NCBI GenBank assembly: GCA_001600815.1
Contig: BCKZ01000016.1
Span: 361,077-425,076 of the forward strand
From: Alloascoidea hylecoeti
Taxonomy: Eukaryota
DNA length: 64,000 bases
Direction: 5' to 3'
The translations under genes and the position numbers were made by a program. The notes below the pieces were generated by a model. The model saw nothing but the letters and a program-made list of their open reading frames with translations. It was not told where the DNA came from and ran no database searches. Positions 1 through 12,331 of this stretch are shown here, in pieces; positions within the stretch are counted from its first letter, which is position 1; every line of letters begins with the position of its first letter.

Positions 1-2878
1 TCAAATCTAAATGTTCCTGACTTCCGATTGTGTATTTTGTATGTGTAGTTTCAGATGGGATAGGCGCTGTAATATTAAAGATTCTAGATGATGGTTTATC
101 TTTTGGTTTGAATTTAAACTTTCCTGAAAAGAAGGTTTTCAAGGAATTTTTTCTTTTGTTCTTCAAATGATTCTGAGGAGAGCGAAGTTGTAATTCTTCT
201 ATTCTTGGAGGAGATTGGGAGTTTATATTATTAATATCAACAGAATTCCAATTAGTGCCAGAAGATGAGGATTTGAGCGAATGCTGCTCTTGATTGGACA
301 TCTGAGCTTTGGTTATCGATGGCGCCGCAAGCACAGGTTCAGAAGAGGTAGGGTTCTTTAATTGAGTTCTTGCCGCCTGTTTATCAAACCTGTTATGAGA
401 TGTTGGAGTTTCACCTATTAAAGTCAATTCTTTTCGATTGAAATTTGTGTTTGTGGCATGATAATGCGGTGATGTCACATTCATAGTTGTCATCGACCTC
501 GACAGAAATATTGGAGTTTGTTTAGATTCAAAGTTTCTTGTTGGTGATACTACATTTAAAGTTTCAAACTTCCTATCATCGATCATATGCCATTCATCTC
601 CCGAGATAATACTTCTTGCTGAGCTTTTTTCTGTATTTGAGCTTTTGATACTAGTAGGATTGTCTAAAGGGCCTTGCACCATTTCGTTGGCACTACAGAA
701 GACCTGTTCTGAAGTATCAGCAAATGAAGTGGCTCCTGGTGATTGGATAAAACGTCCTTTGGTAATTTCTTTATATTCTGTCTCAATCTCTCTATTTAGA
801 ATGGCGCTAGAAGGCATATACATATCATAAGCCTGTAATAACTTTGTATGAAAATTAAAAACCATGGCTACTTTCCCCGCTCTTTGTAATATCTGAGAAT
901 CATGATTTTCACTTGAAGAAAATTCATTATCCGCTGAATATTTTTTATGATTACTTCCGGTAATAAAGGTTGTGCGATCAAAAGCAGAATTTTTCAATTT
1001 ATCAATAAGATCCTTATTAGATAATTTCAAATTATCCAGCATTGCTGTTTCAACAAAGCTCTCTAATTCCCCTACAATATCTTTACATATTGATATTTTA
1101 ATATCTGCATCTTTAATAGGAACATATGGATCTGACCATATACCAATAGGTACAAATAGCTTTTGAGTTATGAATTGACCCTTAATATTGTTTTGGTGTT
1201 GCTTAGCTTGCATAAGATTTAAGAACGAATGACTCAATTCAGTATTTGGATTCATTTCAAAAGGCGAAGGTAATGTAGGATCAGAAGACTTAGCCACTCT
1301 TGTCAGAAACCATTTTGCATAATCGATTGAAGATTCAGGTAATGTATAATAAGGATGTTGTTTGGGGTCCATTTCCTTAGTGACGTCTGCAATCGTTTGC
1401 AATTGATTTGCCTTAAAGCTTAAATTAAAATTTACCCGAGAAAGATTGTGGTTAAAGTTTGAAATGTTGTTATGCGGCTGATTTGAAATTTGGCTTGAAA
1501 TTTCACTACCTACACCAGAATGTCCATCACCAATAACGCTATGTGTAATATCGATTTCTAGTTTGTGTTTTATTTGAGATTCTCTTATCGGGGATGATTG
1601 TTGTCTTGGTAAAGGAGGAATTTCTAGGTTAGTGGTGGTAGTGTTTGATCCTGATGTTGAAATCTCATGCTGAAAGAGAGTTAGATTAGGTTTCGGTTTC
1701 AAAATCTTATCTTGAATTGAATTTTCGGATTGTGAGCTAACATCTGAAATTAGGGGTATAGATTCAATATCAGCGTCAGTAGTACTCGAAAAACTGACTC
1801 CGTGAGATGTATCAACACTATTTCTCAAATCAACATTAGGGAGGGATAAATTTATTTCGTTGTCGAAGTTTATTAGTCTATCAAAAGAAGAAGCACTATT
1901 TCTATCCCCTTCAATACTGCTATAGGTTTCAGAAGCATTTGACGTTTTACGGTCCAATTTAGCATTGTCTTCTGTGATTGTTTTCCTTTTATCCTCATTA
2001 TCGGACACATCAACGAAGTTCTGAAATCCATTTAAGTTAAAAGCCAGAGAAGCATCAACGCTAGAAGAACTTTCCGGGCCTTTATAAATATTTTTTGCAG
2101 AAGGATCATCAAACACTGAACAAAAATTTGATTTACAACTCGAATCACTTGTAGTACTTTCGTAGCTATTTTTTGAAAATAACCGCAAATGAGAGTCTGT
2201 AGTTATGCCACTCTCAGGGGTTGCATGGTTAGAAGTAGCATCGAGAGATTCATGACTAGATTTTGGTTTTGGTGAAGAAGGAAGTGGATCTATGACACTA
2301 GCACTTGTGGGGTTGTAAGGGAAACCGAAATTTTCATTTGTGGTTTTTGTATCCGTATTTAGGTTAGCTATGATTTTTGCATAAGTTTCATCAGCGTTAC
2401 TAGATGGTCTTGGCAAGCTGGAGGATCGAGGGCTCGGAAGAGGTAACAATGTAGACAAAGTGCATAGAGATTCGTGCTTTGAATGTTTTGAAATTCTAGA
2501 TAGTACCGATTGACGGTTCAACTTAATACTGTTCCTGTGGTTGTAGAGATCGAATTCACGAGGGGTAAATAATGAAGAATGTCGTTTATGTTGTTTTCCC
2601 TTGTGATGAGTCAAGCTGAAATCTGAGGTCACATTGTAGCTGTTGAGAAGCATTTCCTTGGACCACGTCCTCAAGTGCAGATGAGCTCGGGGGTCTGAGG
2701 AGTCGTCTAAATCTTCGTCGTACGTATCATCCAGATCCGAAAATAGGGACAGTTCTTGATTGTGGCGATACTCCGGACGGTATTCTAGACGGTGGGACTC
2801 GCTCTGCTGTGGAGGTGTCTCATCAGTGGCCGGTACCTTGATGACGGTCTTTGATCTGGAATGGTAGGGTGCGTCCAT
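1..2878 (-). CDS. Large Ser-rich hypothetical protein (>959 aa, 3' end runs off the window); central block resembles the conserved C-terminal region of fungal MIT-domain-containing proteins
   Basis: ATG at 2878 (MDAPYHSRSKTVIKV...). The frame is open in every segment I translated and stays in phase to position 1. It is missing from the ORF track because no stop lies in the window. Segment YAKWFLTRV...GQFITQKLFVPIGIWSDPYVPIKDADIKISIC recalls the 'FWLMR...GGY.T.KLFVP..VW....VK.K..E.KI..C' block; the family call is from memory. Confidence 0.75.
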   Translation of the reverse strand, partial: MDAPYHSRSKTVIKVPATDETPPQQSESHRLEYRPEYRHNQELSLFSDLDDTYDEDLDDSSDPRAHLHLRTWSKEMLLNSYNVTSDFSLTHHKGKQHKRHSSLFTPREFDLYNHRNSIKLNRQSVLSRISKHSKHESLCTLSTLLPLPSPRSSSLPRPSSNADETYAKIIANLNTDTKTTNENFGFPYNPTSASVIDPLPSSPKPKSSHESLDATSNHATPESGITTDSHLRLFSKNSYESTTSDSSCKSNFCSVFDDPSAKNIYKGPESSSSVDASLAFNLNGFQNFVDVSDNEDKRKTITEDNAKLDRKTSNASETYSSIEGDRNSASSFDRLINFDNEINLSLPNVDLRNSVDTSHGVSFSSTTDADIESIPLISDVSSQSENSIQDKILKPKPNLTLFQHEISTSGSNTTTTNLEIPPLPRQQSSPIRESQIKHKLEIDITHSVIGDGHSGVGSEISSQISNQPHNNISNFNHNLSRVNFNLSFKANQLQTIADVTKEMDPKQHPYYTLPESSIDYAKWFLTRVAKSSDPTLPSPFEMNPNTELSHSFLNLMQAKQHQNNIKGQFITQKLFVPIGIWSDPYVPIKDADIKISICKDIVGELESFVETAMLDNLKLSNKDLIDKLKNSAFDRTTFITGSNHKKYSADNEFSSSENHDSQILQRAGKVAMVFNFHTKLLQAYDMYMPSSAILNREIETEYKEITKGRFIQSPGATSFADTSEQVFCSANEMVQGPLDNPTSIKSSNTEKSSARSIISGDEWHMIDDRKFETLNVVSPTRNFESKQTPIFLSRSMTTMNVTSPHYHATNTNFNRKELTLIGETPTSHNRFDKQAARTQLKNPTSSEPVLAAPSITKAQMSNQEQHSLKSSSSGTNWNSVDINNINSQSPPRIEELQLRSPQNHLKNKRKNSLKTFFSGKFKFKPKDKPSSRIFNITAPIPSETTHTKYTIGSQEHLDL

Positions 2879-3006
2879 TCTGCTAGGGCATGAAGATGGA
2901 GAGGATGGGATAAATGTAGAATTATATATGCATTCAGTCTGGTGCACGTGACCCTACAAGGCTATAGCTATAATTGTAAACTTAAGGCTTCAGACGAGAA
3001 CTCAAG

Positions 3007-3891
3007 ATGCCGAGCCTCACCCCAAAGTCGAAACGTCCGAGGTTCGCTCTCACCATCATCATCCACGAGCTGGCAAACATCCCACAGGTCTCTGGCTCAG
3101 TCTCCGTACGCTGGTACATAAAAGACACTACTTCAAAACAACCAACCCGTGGTAGAACATCTGTTTCTAAAATACACGACCACCGTGCCGTTTGGGACTA
3201 CACCATCTCTACCAAAATCCGCTTGTCCATTAACAGGCAAACGAAGCACCTCAATGATAAGTTCCTTGTTCTCATAGTCTACATGGAGTTCCCGAACAAA
3301 GAAAAATCTACTTTGGGGAAGGTCGAAATCAACCTGGCTGAATACGCTTCTATGGAGGACCCAACTGCGAACCGCTATTTATTGCAGGAGAGCAAGGTAA
3401 ACTGTATCATAAATGTTCTGATTGGGATGGAACTATTGAGAGGTGAAAGTGATTTTATTGTCCCGCCCATGAGAACCACACAGATCTTCAGGGGGATCAC
3501 TGGTGTCATTGATGGTCAACAGCAACCACAGTTTCAACAGAATACAATCAATAGCAATTCTCTTCATCCTACAACGGTCTTGAAAAGAGATCCCGTTATC
3601 TCTAAACTTTACTACAAAAGCTTCCAATTCCCCTGGGATCCGAGACCTAATGAATTACCTCCGGATAAATGTATAGAGGACATTTTTGCTGGTGGCGATG
3701 GCTGGATTGCCAATAAACACCAACAGAATGGGGATTCAATGATATACCCTCCAGATGTATCTCGGGCAGCTGATACGTTATCATCCGACTCCAACTCCGA
3801 TTCATTGGACCCAGGAACAAAAAAGCGAGGTCTCTTGAAAGAAGAGTCTGTGAGATCTGACCTAAAAAGCTGGACAATAAATCAATATTAA
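3007..3891 (+). CDS. NT-C2 (EEIG1/EHBP1-type C2) domain protein, YBL086C-like
   Basis: 294-aa ORF with RPRFALTIIIHELANIPQVSG...HRAVWDY...TLGKVEINLAEYA...RYLLQESKVNCII, typical of NT-C2 proteins. Confidence 0.8.
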   Translation: MPSLTPKSKRPRFALTIIIHELANIPQVSGSVSVRWYIKDTTSKQPTRGRTSVSKIHDHRAVWDYTISTKIRLSINRQTKHLNDKFLVLIVYMEFPNKEKSTLGKVEINLAEYASMEDPTANRYLLQESKVNCIINVLIGMELLRGESDFIVPPMRTTQIFRGITGVIDGQQQPQFQQNTINSNSLHPTTVLKRDPVISKLYYKSFQFPWDPRPNELPPDKCIEDIFAGGDGWIANKHQQNGDSMIYPPDVSRAADTLSSDSNSDSLDPGTKKRGLLKEESVRSDLKSWTINQY

Positions 3892-4714
3892 TAATAAAGC
3901 TTTCAACCTTTAAAATATTTTAATAGAATAGGGTTTCACTTTTCTTTTTTCTTTTAATTAACCTTATAGATAATAATTATAATTATATCTATGGTAGAAA
4001 ATCTGGCACTATAGAGTTATTGCAATTGTCTTTTAAATTTATATTTTAATTATTGGGTCAATACCTTTGCTTAATTTTGATAATAAAGATACTACTCTAT
4101 TACTAAAAATAACATCTTCCACTTATAACTTATATCTTATATAATTTACTGCATCTGATACATGGTTCTATATGTTTGAAATTTGTATGAAACTTGTGGT
4201 TGTGCAATTATGTTATCGCGATCGATTTATGGCTGACTATATTGGGAACACTGTAGAAATGAAAATCCCGCCTTAATTAAGGAATATATTAGAATACGTG
4301 TAATACTAGCTGATAACTATAGTAGATTAAGAATGATATTTAGATGATCTTTATTAGAGGAATTCGCGCGAAAGTTTACTTATTTTATTTATAAGTTATA
4401 ATCTATTTGAAGACTAGTATGACCCCAGAAGGAAGAAGTAAAAGTTATATGGTGAATAGGGATACCCGTTACTGAAGTGAGAATGGAATGTTAATGAAGG
4501 ATTAACTCATGGTTCTGCCTTATTATTTTATGTCAATTTACTATAACATACAAATATAACCTTATAATTATTATAGCATTAATATTCAAATCACCGATAT
4601 AATATCGCAAGATTATTAAGCGTTAAATAGCTAACGGGATTATTCTCTATAATTAGCAATTGTACCTGATTATAAATTAGACGTTTATTAATCACTTATA
4701 TTCATAATTAATTA

Positions 4715-5611
4715 TTATCTTAAACAGTTTGTATTTGTATCTTCTCTCAAATAGTTGATCATATACCATTTTAATTCCGCAATGCTTTCTAAGATATCGT
4801 CTTTAGCTCTGTGTTTTTGACTCTTTTTCGGTCTTTGCTTCATTAAATTATGATTATGTCTTAATCCAATCTCATTTAAAGCACTCACATCTATCATTCT
4901 CGGACCTAATAACTGAGAAGTTTTCGGCATTAGTCTATCAATAAAAGTCCGATCAAACCATATGGTATTTCCTGCTAAATTTAAATTTCTATTAACTGGC
5001 TCTGTACCGGGAAATAAGAGATTATTAATATAGATCGAAAGTTCTGCATCAGCTTGTGTCAATGTTAATTGAGAATTGAGGCATTCGTTGGTTAATCCTG
5101 ATTCTCTATGATGTGTTTCAGGCCAGAAGTCCATTTTTGAGAGAATTTCGATTGGCTGCTGTATCACGGCGTTATATCCAGCCTATCCGTTTAGAGTTAA
5201 TGAATGGTGATCTGCAATTGGAAGAGTATATCTTACATTAAAATTAATTAGCATACATCATCAATCAGGTTCAAATCTCTTGTAGTCAAGTAACAACTAA
5301 TTTCTAGGATATGATCACCTTCCTTGTTTGTTCCTGTCGTCTGATATTATCATGATATGTTAGCCATTATCAGCTCAAAATGTAGAAGGAATATCTGAAG
5401 CACATACTTCTAAATCTATCCACACCAATGGTCTGGTGTACTTTGAAGCTGCACGAATATTTTTACTATCAGTTATAGATTTTCTATATTGGTAAAACCT
5501 GCGAGTTTTTAATTGTGTCACACTCAAATTTAATGGAGCCCTAGTCAAGTTAGAACAGCTAATTAATCTATAATTGTATAGATATTGTTTAGAAATATAT
5601 TTTAATAGCAT
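4715..5611 (-). CDS. REX2: Oligoribonuclease (DEDDh 3'-5' exonuclease), 3 exons: 5611-5408, 5340-5257, 5182-4715
   Basis: Spliced product reads PLVWIDLE|TTGTNKEGDHILEISCYLT...|...H..SGLT...LAGNTIWFDRTFI...HRAKDDILESIAELKWY. Introns are GTATGT..GCTAAC..CAG and GTATGC..TAG. The basic N-terminal extension resembles a mitochondrial presequence. Confidence 0.9.
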
Positions 5612-5673
5612 AGCAATGGTATAAAGTTTTAGCCTTGTTAAGCCTTTTTTTTCAGAAGAACTGGCACACAAAG

Positions 5674-5682
5674 TCCGGGTAA
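5674..5682. promoter_or_regulatory. Reb1-type site (TCCGGGTAA) in the 118-bp bidirectional REX2/RRP45 promoter
   Basis: Exact match to the CCGGGTAA consensus between the two start codons. Confidence 0.6.
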
Positions 5683-5729
5683 TTAAATCAGATACTCAGA
5701 TTTTCATTACATTATATAATATCTTTAAA

Positions 5730-6697
5730 ATGTCCAAAGCGGTAGAATTGTCAACAGTTGAGCAAGAGTTCGGCCTGGAAATTCTAAAACAAGGTCTGAG
5801 GGCAGATGGAAGGGATCATAATCAGTTTCGGGATGTCGAGATTGAATTGGGTGAGGAGTACGGATATGTTGATGTGAAGTTAGGAAAGACAAGGTAGGTT
5901 GAAAAATACTCATTTCTAAATTATAAAATCACTAATGATATACTAGAGTGGTTGCCCGAATATCAGCAACCGTTGAAACACCGTATGAGGATAGGCCTTT
6001 TGAAGGCCTCTTTTCTGTTTCAACAGAAATAAGTCCAATGGCATCACCAATGTTCGAAAATAATAGACTCTCAGAAGATGAAATATTAATATCACGGTTA
6101 GTTGAAAAGGCTGTTCGACGTTCTGGAGCTTTAGATCTCGAAAGTTTATGCATTGTTGCCGGTCAGAAGTGCTGGTCGGTTAGGGCAGATGTTCATTTTC
6201 TCGATTATGATGGTGGTTTTATTGATGCTAGTTGTATTGCAGTGATTACAGGTTTACTATACTTTAAGAAAGCCGACATTACAGTCAGTGGTGAGACGGT
6301 TACAATACACCCAACAAGTGAAAGATCCCCCGTATCTCTGTCGGTACTCCATGTTCCAATATGCATCACTTTCTCGTTTTTCAATCCCACAGAGATGGAA
6401 GAGAATATAAAAGGAGATTCGAATCAAGAGATTTGTATTGTAGATGCAACATTACAGGAAGAGAATCTACGAAATGGTGTTTTCACGATAACGATAAATA
6501 AGAACAGAGAAATTTGTCAGATTTCTAAGGCTGGTGGTCTTCCCATCGACGCCCTCACTTTGATGAACTGTTGCAACTCAGCATATCACATTGCCACTAG
6601 ACTAACAGAACAGATCAAAGATGTTTTGAAGAAAAATGACGAAAGGAGAAATGCAGGGAATATCAGGAAACTGTTAAGCGCTGAAAACGATCGATAG
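5730..6697 (+). CDS. RRP45: Exosome core RNase-PH subunit, intron 5894-5946
   Basis: MSKAVELS...GLRADGR...FRDVEIELGEEYGYVDVKLGKTR|VVARISA...DRPFEG...SGALDLESLCIVAGQKCWSVRADVHFLDYDGGFIDA. Intron is GTAGGT..ACTAAT..TAG. Confidence 0.95.
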
Positions 6698-6830
6698 TTG
6701 TAATTATATATTTGTGCTAATTTCTCCAAAGGAGGGTAATTTATCGTTTATACTGTAAAAACATTTTCATTCTCATATATTCATGGTACATGTATTGAAT
6801 ATGTCTCTGGTTGTAGATACGGGAGCAAAA

Positions 6831-8291
6831 ATGGCAAAAAAGTTTTTAGTATCGATCATCGGAACCACTGGTGTTGGGAAATCGAAGGTAACTCTAATAT
6901 TTATATTGTGTCCTACGCTTTACTAATTTCATTTTGAAGTTTAGTATAGAATTAGCAAAAGCCATTAATGGTGAGATCATAAATGCTGACTCAATGCAGA
7001 TGTATAAAGGCCTCGATATCATCACAAATAAGCATCCGATTGAGGAACGTGAGGGTGTTCCGCACCACTTACTAGGTCATGTAGATTGGGATGAAGAATA
7101 CTATGTTCATCGATTCCAAAAAGAAAGTTTAGAAGTGGTAAGTAAATAACTACTATAGTGTACTTCATACTCAGACTCTAATCATACCTTAAGATAAATG
7201 ATATACATTCAAGAGGGAAAATACCCATTTTAATTGGAGGCACACACTATTATCTACAATCGGTATTATTCAAAAACAAAATCATTAGTGAGCAATCTGA
7301 ATTTTCTCCCTCCGAACAGGAAATACTAAATTCTGATCCGGATACCATTTTAAACCATTTAAGAAAGGTTGATCCATTAGTCGCTGGAAAGTTTCATCCA
7401 AATGATGAGAGAAGAATCAAACGAGCTTTGGAGGTTTATTTTACAACCAAGGAAAAGACTTCAACTATATACGCTAATCAGCAGAATGATTCGCATGAAG
7501 GAAGTGTTCTAAGATTCAAGTCATTGATATTTTGGGTATGGTCAGACCAGAAAGTGTTAGAGCCTAGATTGGATAAAAGAATTGATGATATGTTGGAACA
7601 TGGTCTATATGATGAAATTAGAGAAATGTATAAAATTCATAAAAGTCTCAATTTAGAAATCAAACCTCAAACACCAGAGGAAAATAAATCTGATTTGCAT
7701 GGTGTTTGGCAGGTCATCGGTTTCAAAGAATTTTTGCCCTGGCTACAAGATCCGTCGTCTTCTGTAAGTCCATGCATAGAGAGGATGAAAATAAACACTA
7801 GAAAATATTCCAAACGTCAAATAAAATGGATAAAAAAATATCTTGCTCCAAGTCTAGAAGCCGAAGAGCAACACAACTACAGTATGGGCGGACAAGTGTG
7901 TTTATTGGATGCAACAGATCTTTTGGAGTGGGAAAGTTCCGTTTCAGGAAGGGGTATTTCTTTAACAAAATCATTTCTAGAAGGAAATGCTATTCCCCCA
8001 TCTGAGTTGTATAAACCAGACCCAAAGACAGCAATATCTTGGAATGCAAAACCTCCCGAGAAGTGGTTAAACTTTACGTGTCCAGTTTGTAAGAATGGTG
8101 ATGGTACACCTCTTGTTTTGGTTGGAGAGGACATTTGGAATATTCATGAGCAGAGTAGAAGACATAGAAGTACTTATCGAGGAATTGCGAAAAAAAGGCT
8201 AAACGAGGAAAGAAGGAAGGAATCTGAACGTAAAAAGTTGCAATCAACAAGTAGTGTACGAAGTTTGGCAGAGGATCAAATTAAATTATGA
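6831..8291 (+). CDS. MOD5: tRNA dimethylallyl(isopentenyl)transferase, introns 6888-6939 and 7138-7193
   Basis: GTTGVGKS P-loop, [48 protein letters not shown], and a C-terminal CPVC...H..SRRH zinc finger. Additional in-frame ATGs lie at 6783 and 6801. Confidence 0.95.
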
Positions 8292-8680
8292 ATTTATGAG
8301 TGCTGATCTCACGATCGGGGTATATCCTCTAGCACTAGCTCATTAATTACCCATTTTAGTTTATTATTCATTGGCATTTCTACTTATGATATTTAACAAT
8401 TATGTCTCTCATCAATAATGACTATATGATTACACAATGTACACATGAGGTTACACGCAACCCACTTTTAAATTTTGAAATGATGATAGGCGAGTATTCA
8501 TTATAAGATCAACGTGGGTAAAAATTGTAAAATATATTATATCAAGCGTTTTCAAAAAAACATAATTTTAATGTGAAAAAAATATATGCATGTATGAATA
8601 GATTAGGAATATTTAATCAATTGTAAAAAGTAAAGACTTAATAGTTTCTCCTTAAGATGCATTTTCATCTCAAAATTCAA

Positions 8681-11303
8681 TCAACCAAAGCGGATACCAG
8701 ATTCCGGGGTCCAAAGCGTTTGTTCAGATGAGAACCTTGCATTTAAATTTGGAGAGGGAGGGACAGAAATATGATCATTTTCGATTGGGCTTGATGATCT
8801 AGCTTGAGCCTGTGGCAATTCTCTACTAACGCCATTCATAATATCATTTTCCAGTTCTCTTCCTTCAACTCTCCGTTCATAAACAAAATCATCACAGTCC
8901 TTCAAAATAATGTTGACACTCTTGACGAAATCTTCATAAAATTTAAGACCTTGTTGAATATTTTCAATCAATTCATTGAAACCATAGTAAGCAACTTCAA
9001 GACTTTGTAAAGCTTCTTGCCTTTTGGAGTTTCCTGATTCCGGCTTGGTCAGTTGAACGAACCTCTCGTATAATTCTTTCAAATTTGTATCAAATTGCTT
9101 TTGAATTTTCCTTTGGCTTGAAACATACTCAATATCACTATCAAAATTTGTAATATGCGAATCATAAATAGGAGAAAATTCTGATATATCAATGGACTTA
9201 AATGGATCCTGTAAACAAAGAGATTTGTACTCCGATACAAGTTTAGGTAATATATCGAAGTTTTTAGATTTGATTTGAGTTGCCTCAAGAAATTGTGACC
9301 GCTGTTGAGTTAAACGGCGGAACTCAGATAATGCATTTTGAATTTTTGCAATGATTTCAGCAGTTTCGCCATTTATTTGAACAGAAGATGAATTAGGAAC
9401 ATACTGTTCCAAGTTCTTTTTAGTGTCACATAATAATCTAATATGGCTCTCAATACCAAAAAATTGCTGTTTGATGGTACTATCTCCATTTTGAGCAACT
9501 TCTAAATACCCTTCAAACTTGTCTATTCTATCCCATAATTCAGCAGCAGCGTCAATTGAATTATCTCTTGTCCACCTCGATGACCCCTGTCTTTCTCTCA
9601 TCATATCGTCCTCTTTTGATTCAATTTCTAATCGCTCCTTAGCCCCATCCAGTAAATGTCTACTTTGTAGGTAAAGTTTTTGGATATCATTGAGAGCTTC
9701 TGTTAACTTTTTAATCCCTCCTCTGGATTTAATTTCCTCTGAATGTGTTAATAGGGTTTGAGGTAACCCTTTGGGCTTCTTTATAGCTTCAATGGAACCT
9801 GGTAATTCCAATGTCTGCAATAGATTATTTGTGGATCTTTTTAAAGAATGAATGGGTCTTACAACATGTTGCTCAATATAGCTCTCTTGTTTTTCCTTAA
9901 AGACTTGGACAGCCCTTATTACAAAAAATGGTAGCAGATCATCGAATAGTTGATTTCCATAGGTAAATTCAGCTAGAGCCTTCTTGGGGGAAGAAATTTC
10001 TTCTCCAATCAATGCTTTAACCATAGGCGCAGGATTGATTGGGGGTAAGTCAGATAAATTAGGGACGGGTTTTAAATAAATCAAATCATTGTCCTTTTCA
10101 GCTCTTTTTAAATTTTCTTTCAGAATTTTATGTAGACTTTGAATATCTTCCAACACCAATGGTCCAATAGTTGATGAGTTTTGTAATGCTTTTTCACAAG
10201 CGATTGTTGATTTCTTTAGCCTTGCAACCTCTTCACCATATTTATGAGTTCCAATTGCAACACGAGACATTCTAAAATGGGCGGCAGCTTCAAAATGATA
10301 TTTCTTGCAACTGATGTGATGGATCCAATCTGATCTGGTGACAGAACTTTTGTTAGCTTTTTCCAATGCTGAAGAATAAAATTCAGATGCCTGAATTGAG
10401 AGACGGGCGATGATTGAATCTTTTAATTTATCACTAACTGCTTTTTGCCAGTAGCTCTCCTGTGCTTGAGCAAGCATGAGATCACGAAGAAGACCTAGAG
10501 TATTTAAATCAAGGCCAATTGGAGCCTTTTCAGATAATTGGGGAATGAGAGTTGTTTGAATATGGTCAAAACAACCAGCCGCGTACTGGTACACATTTAA
10601 AGGTAGATGGTGTTAATAAATCTAAAGAGTCAAAATAGACCAAAAGGTACAATGATATATGTCTCTTACCTGAAAATAAATACACGACCTTTTCAGGCCT
10701 TCAACATCTAATCTTGATGTTGATATTCCTAGTTGAGAATACAAGGCACCAAGATTATAGAGAATATTGCATTGTTCAAAAATAATTGATTTGTTTTTCA
10801 CTAAGATTTGCATAAGGGTGTTAATAATATCCAGAAAGTTAGCCTTTCTCTCTTTTTAAACATACCTGGACCGCTTATAGAGTAACCAAGTGTTCCATAC
10901 CATGGAAATTCAATCAACTAGATGTAAAATTAATATTAGAAATTAAGATTCCCGTACGATATTAAATAGACACATACATCATCGGGAAACTTAATGGACA
11001 GGTTGAACAGCTCGACAAAGTATCTATAGCTCAGAATTAGCGTCGTAGATGATTTAAACTTAGGTGTATTCAAGGAAAAACTTGCCTTTTCAGAAGTACA
11101 ATGTTTTCAGTAGAGGCTGTTGAATTATTTTGTTCGTTTGCTAAAATGACAACATCATCTCGTAAATCAGCGACCGATTCAATATTGTCTTTGAAAACTT
11201 CAGGAGATTGAAAATATTCGCGTTTTATAATAGAATTAATAGTTTGGTTGAGTGGGACATTCTCTGATTTGCGTTGTGGGATTGACAATAGATTTGTTGA
11301 CAT
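8681..11303 (-). CDS. RIM20: Bro1-domain pH-response protein (PalA/Rim20), 5 exons: 11303-11086, 11023-10978, 10917-10866, 10800-10670, 10585-8681
   Basis: Spliced product contains KFPDD|LIEFPWYGTLG, FEQCNILYNLGALYSQLG, MLAQAQESYWQKAV, GEEVARL, AEKDNDLIYL and the C-terminal WTPESGIRFG. Confidence 0.9.
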
Positions 11304-11551
11304 TATGATATATTATGGTATTTTGGTGATGATTTTGAAGATCTAAACCAAATTTAAGGATGTTTTAAAACTCTGCAATATTAATAATATAATAAGCTAC
11401 AGAGCATACTACAATACATGTCCTTAAATATAGCAACTAACACAGCCAAACCCTTGAAGGTTTAATTATAAATATATATATATAAATATAAGAGATCAAT
11501 AAGATGAGGTTTGTCTGATTTAATATGGTAGTTTGGCGCAGATATAAGAAA

Positions 11552-12175
11552 CACAAAAACTAAAACAATTTTTAAAATTTAACAAAATTATTTATTGACT
11601 AGCTATATAAAATGTAAATATCTTTAAAGAGACACAGAAGAATCTGGGAATTTCTTTCAAACGTTTTATTAGAGTTAGTTCAGCAGGTGGAATACGTCGT
11701 AAAGATAGAGGCATGTTCTCCTTATAATTCACCATTTCTACGATTTAAGAATAGATTCTAATCTTTTAAATAATCCTCATCCTCACACTTTCGTTAACTT
11801 TAAAATAAGTCTCATTCAAGTTTTCCAGTGAATTGAGTGCTTTGTGTAGCTCTCACAAATCTATGAAGTAGAGCCGATAAGGCTCAAATTTAAACAATAC
11901 ACACACTTACAGTAAATGAACAACAATCCCATCAAAAATCGGATATTCTTCTACAAAATCGGTCAAACACTTCGTATCTTGTTTATCAGTCTCTTTAATG
12001 AGTTCTTCTTATGCAATAAATGAGGAAGTACAGTGATAGGTATGACGTATTCCACCTGCTGAACTAAAATGTCTAAAAGAAACTGCCAGATTCTTCTGTA
12101 TCTTTTTAAAGATATTCACATTTTATACAATAAATAATTTTGCTAAATTTAAAAACCGTTTGATTTTACTTTCGT
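11552..12175. mobile_element. Putative MITE/non-autonomous DNA element: ~140-bp diverged inverted repeats (about 11552-11700 and 12042-12175) around a ~340-bp non-coding core
   Basis: TTAGTTCAGCAGGTGGAATACGTC (11675-11698) pairs with GACGTATTCCACCTGCTGAACTAA (12044-12067). Pairing continues through CAGAAGAATCTGG/CCAGATTCTTCTG and AAAATGTAAATATCTTTAAA/TTTAAAGATATTCACATTTT. No clear target-site duplication. Confidence 0.6.
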
Positions 12176-12331
12176 ACAGATTCTACAGAATCTACAGATG
12201 CAGGCCACGATAAGGTTATAGCCTAGCGGTTACTATTTCCCGATCTGTCATACTGCTGCGACTGTAGATCTACTTTAAATTTTCCTCTTTTTATATCCAG
12301 ATCATTACAGAAGCAATAACATTTATTCTCA

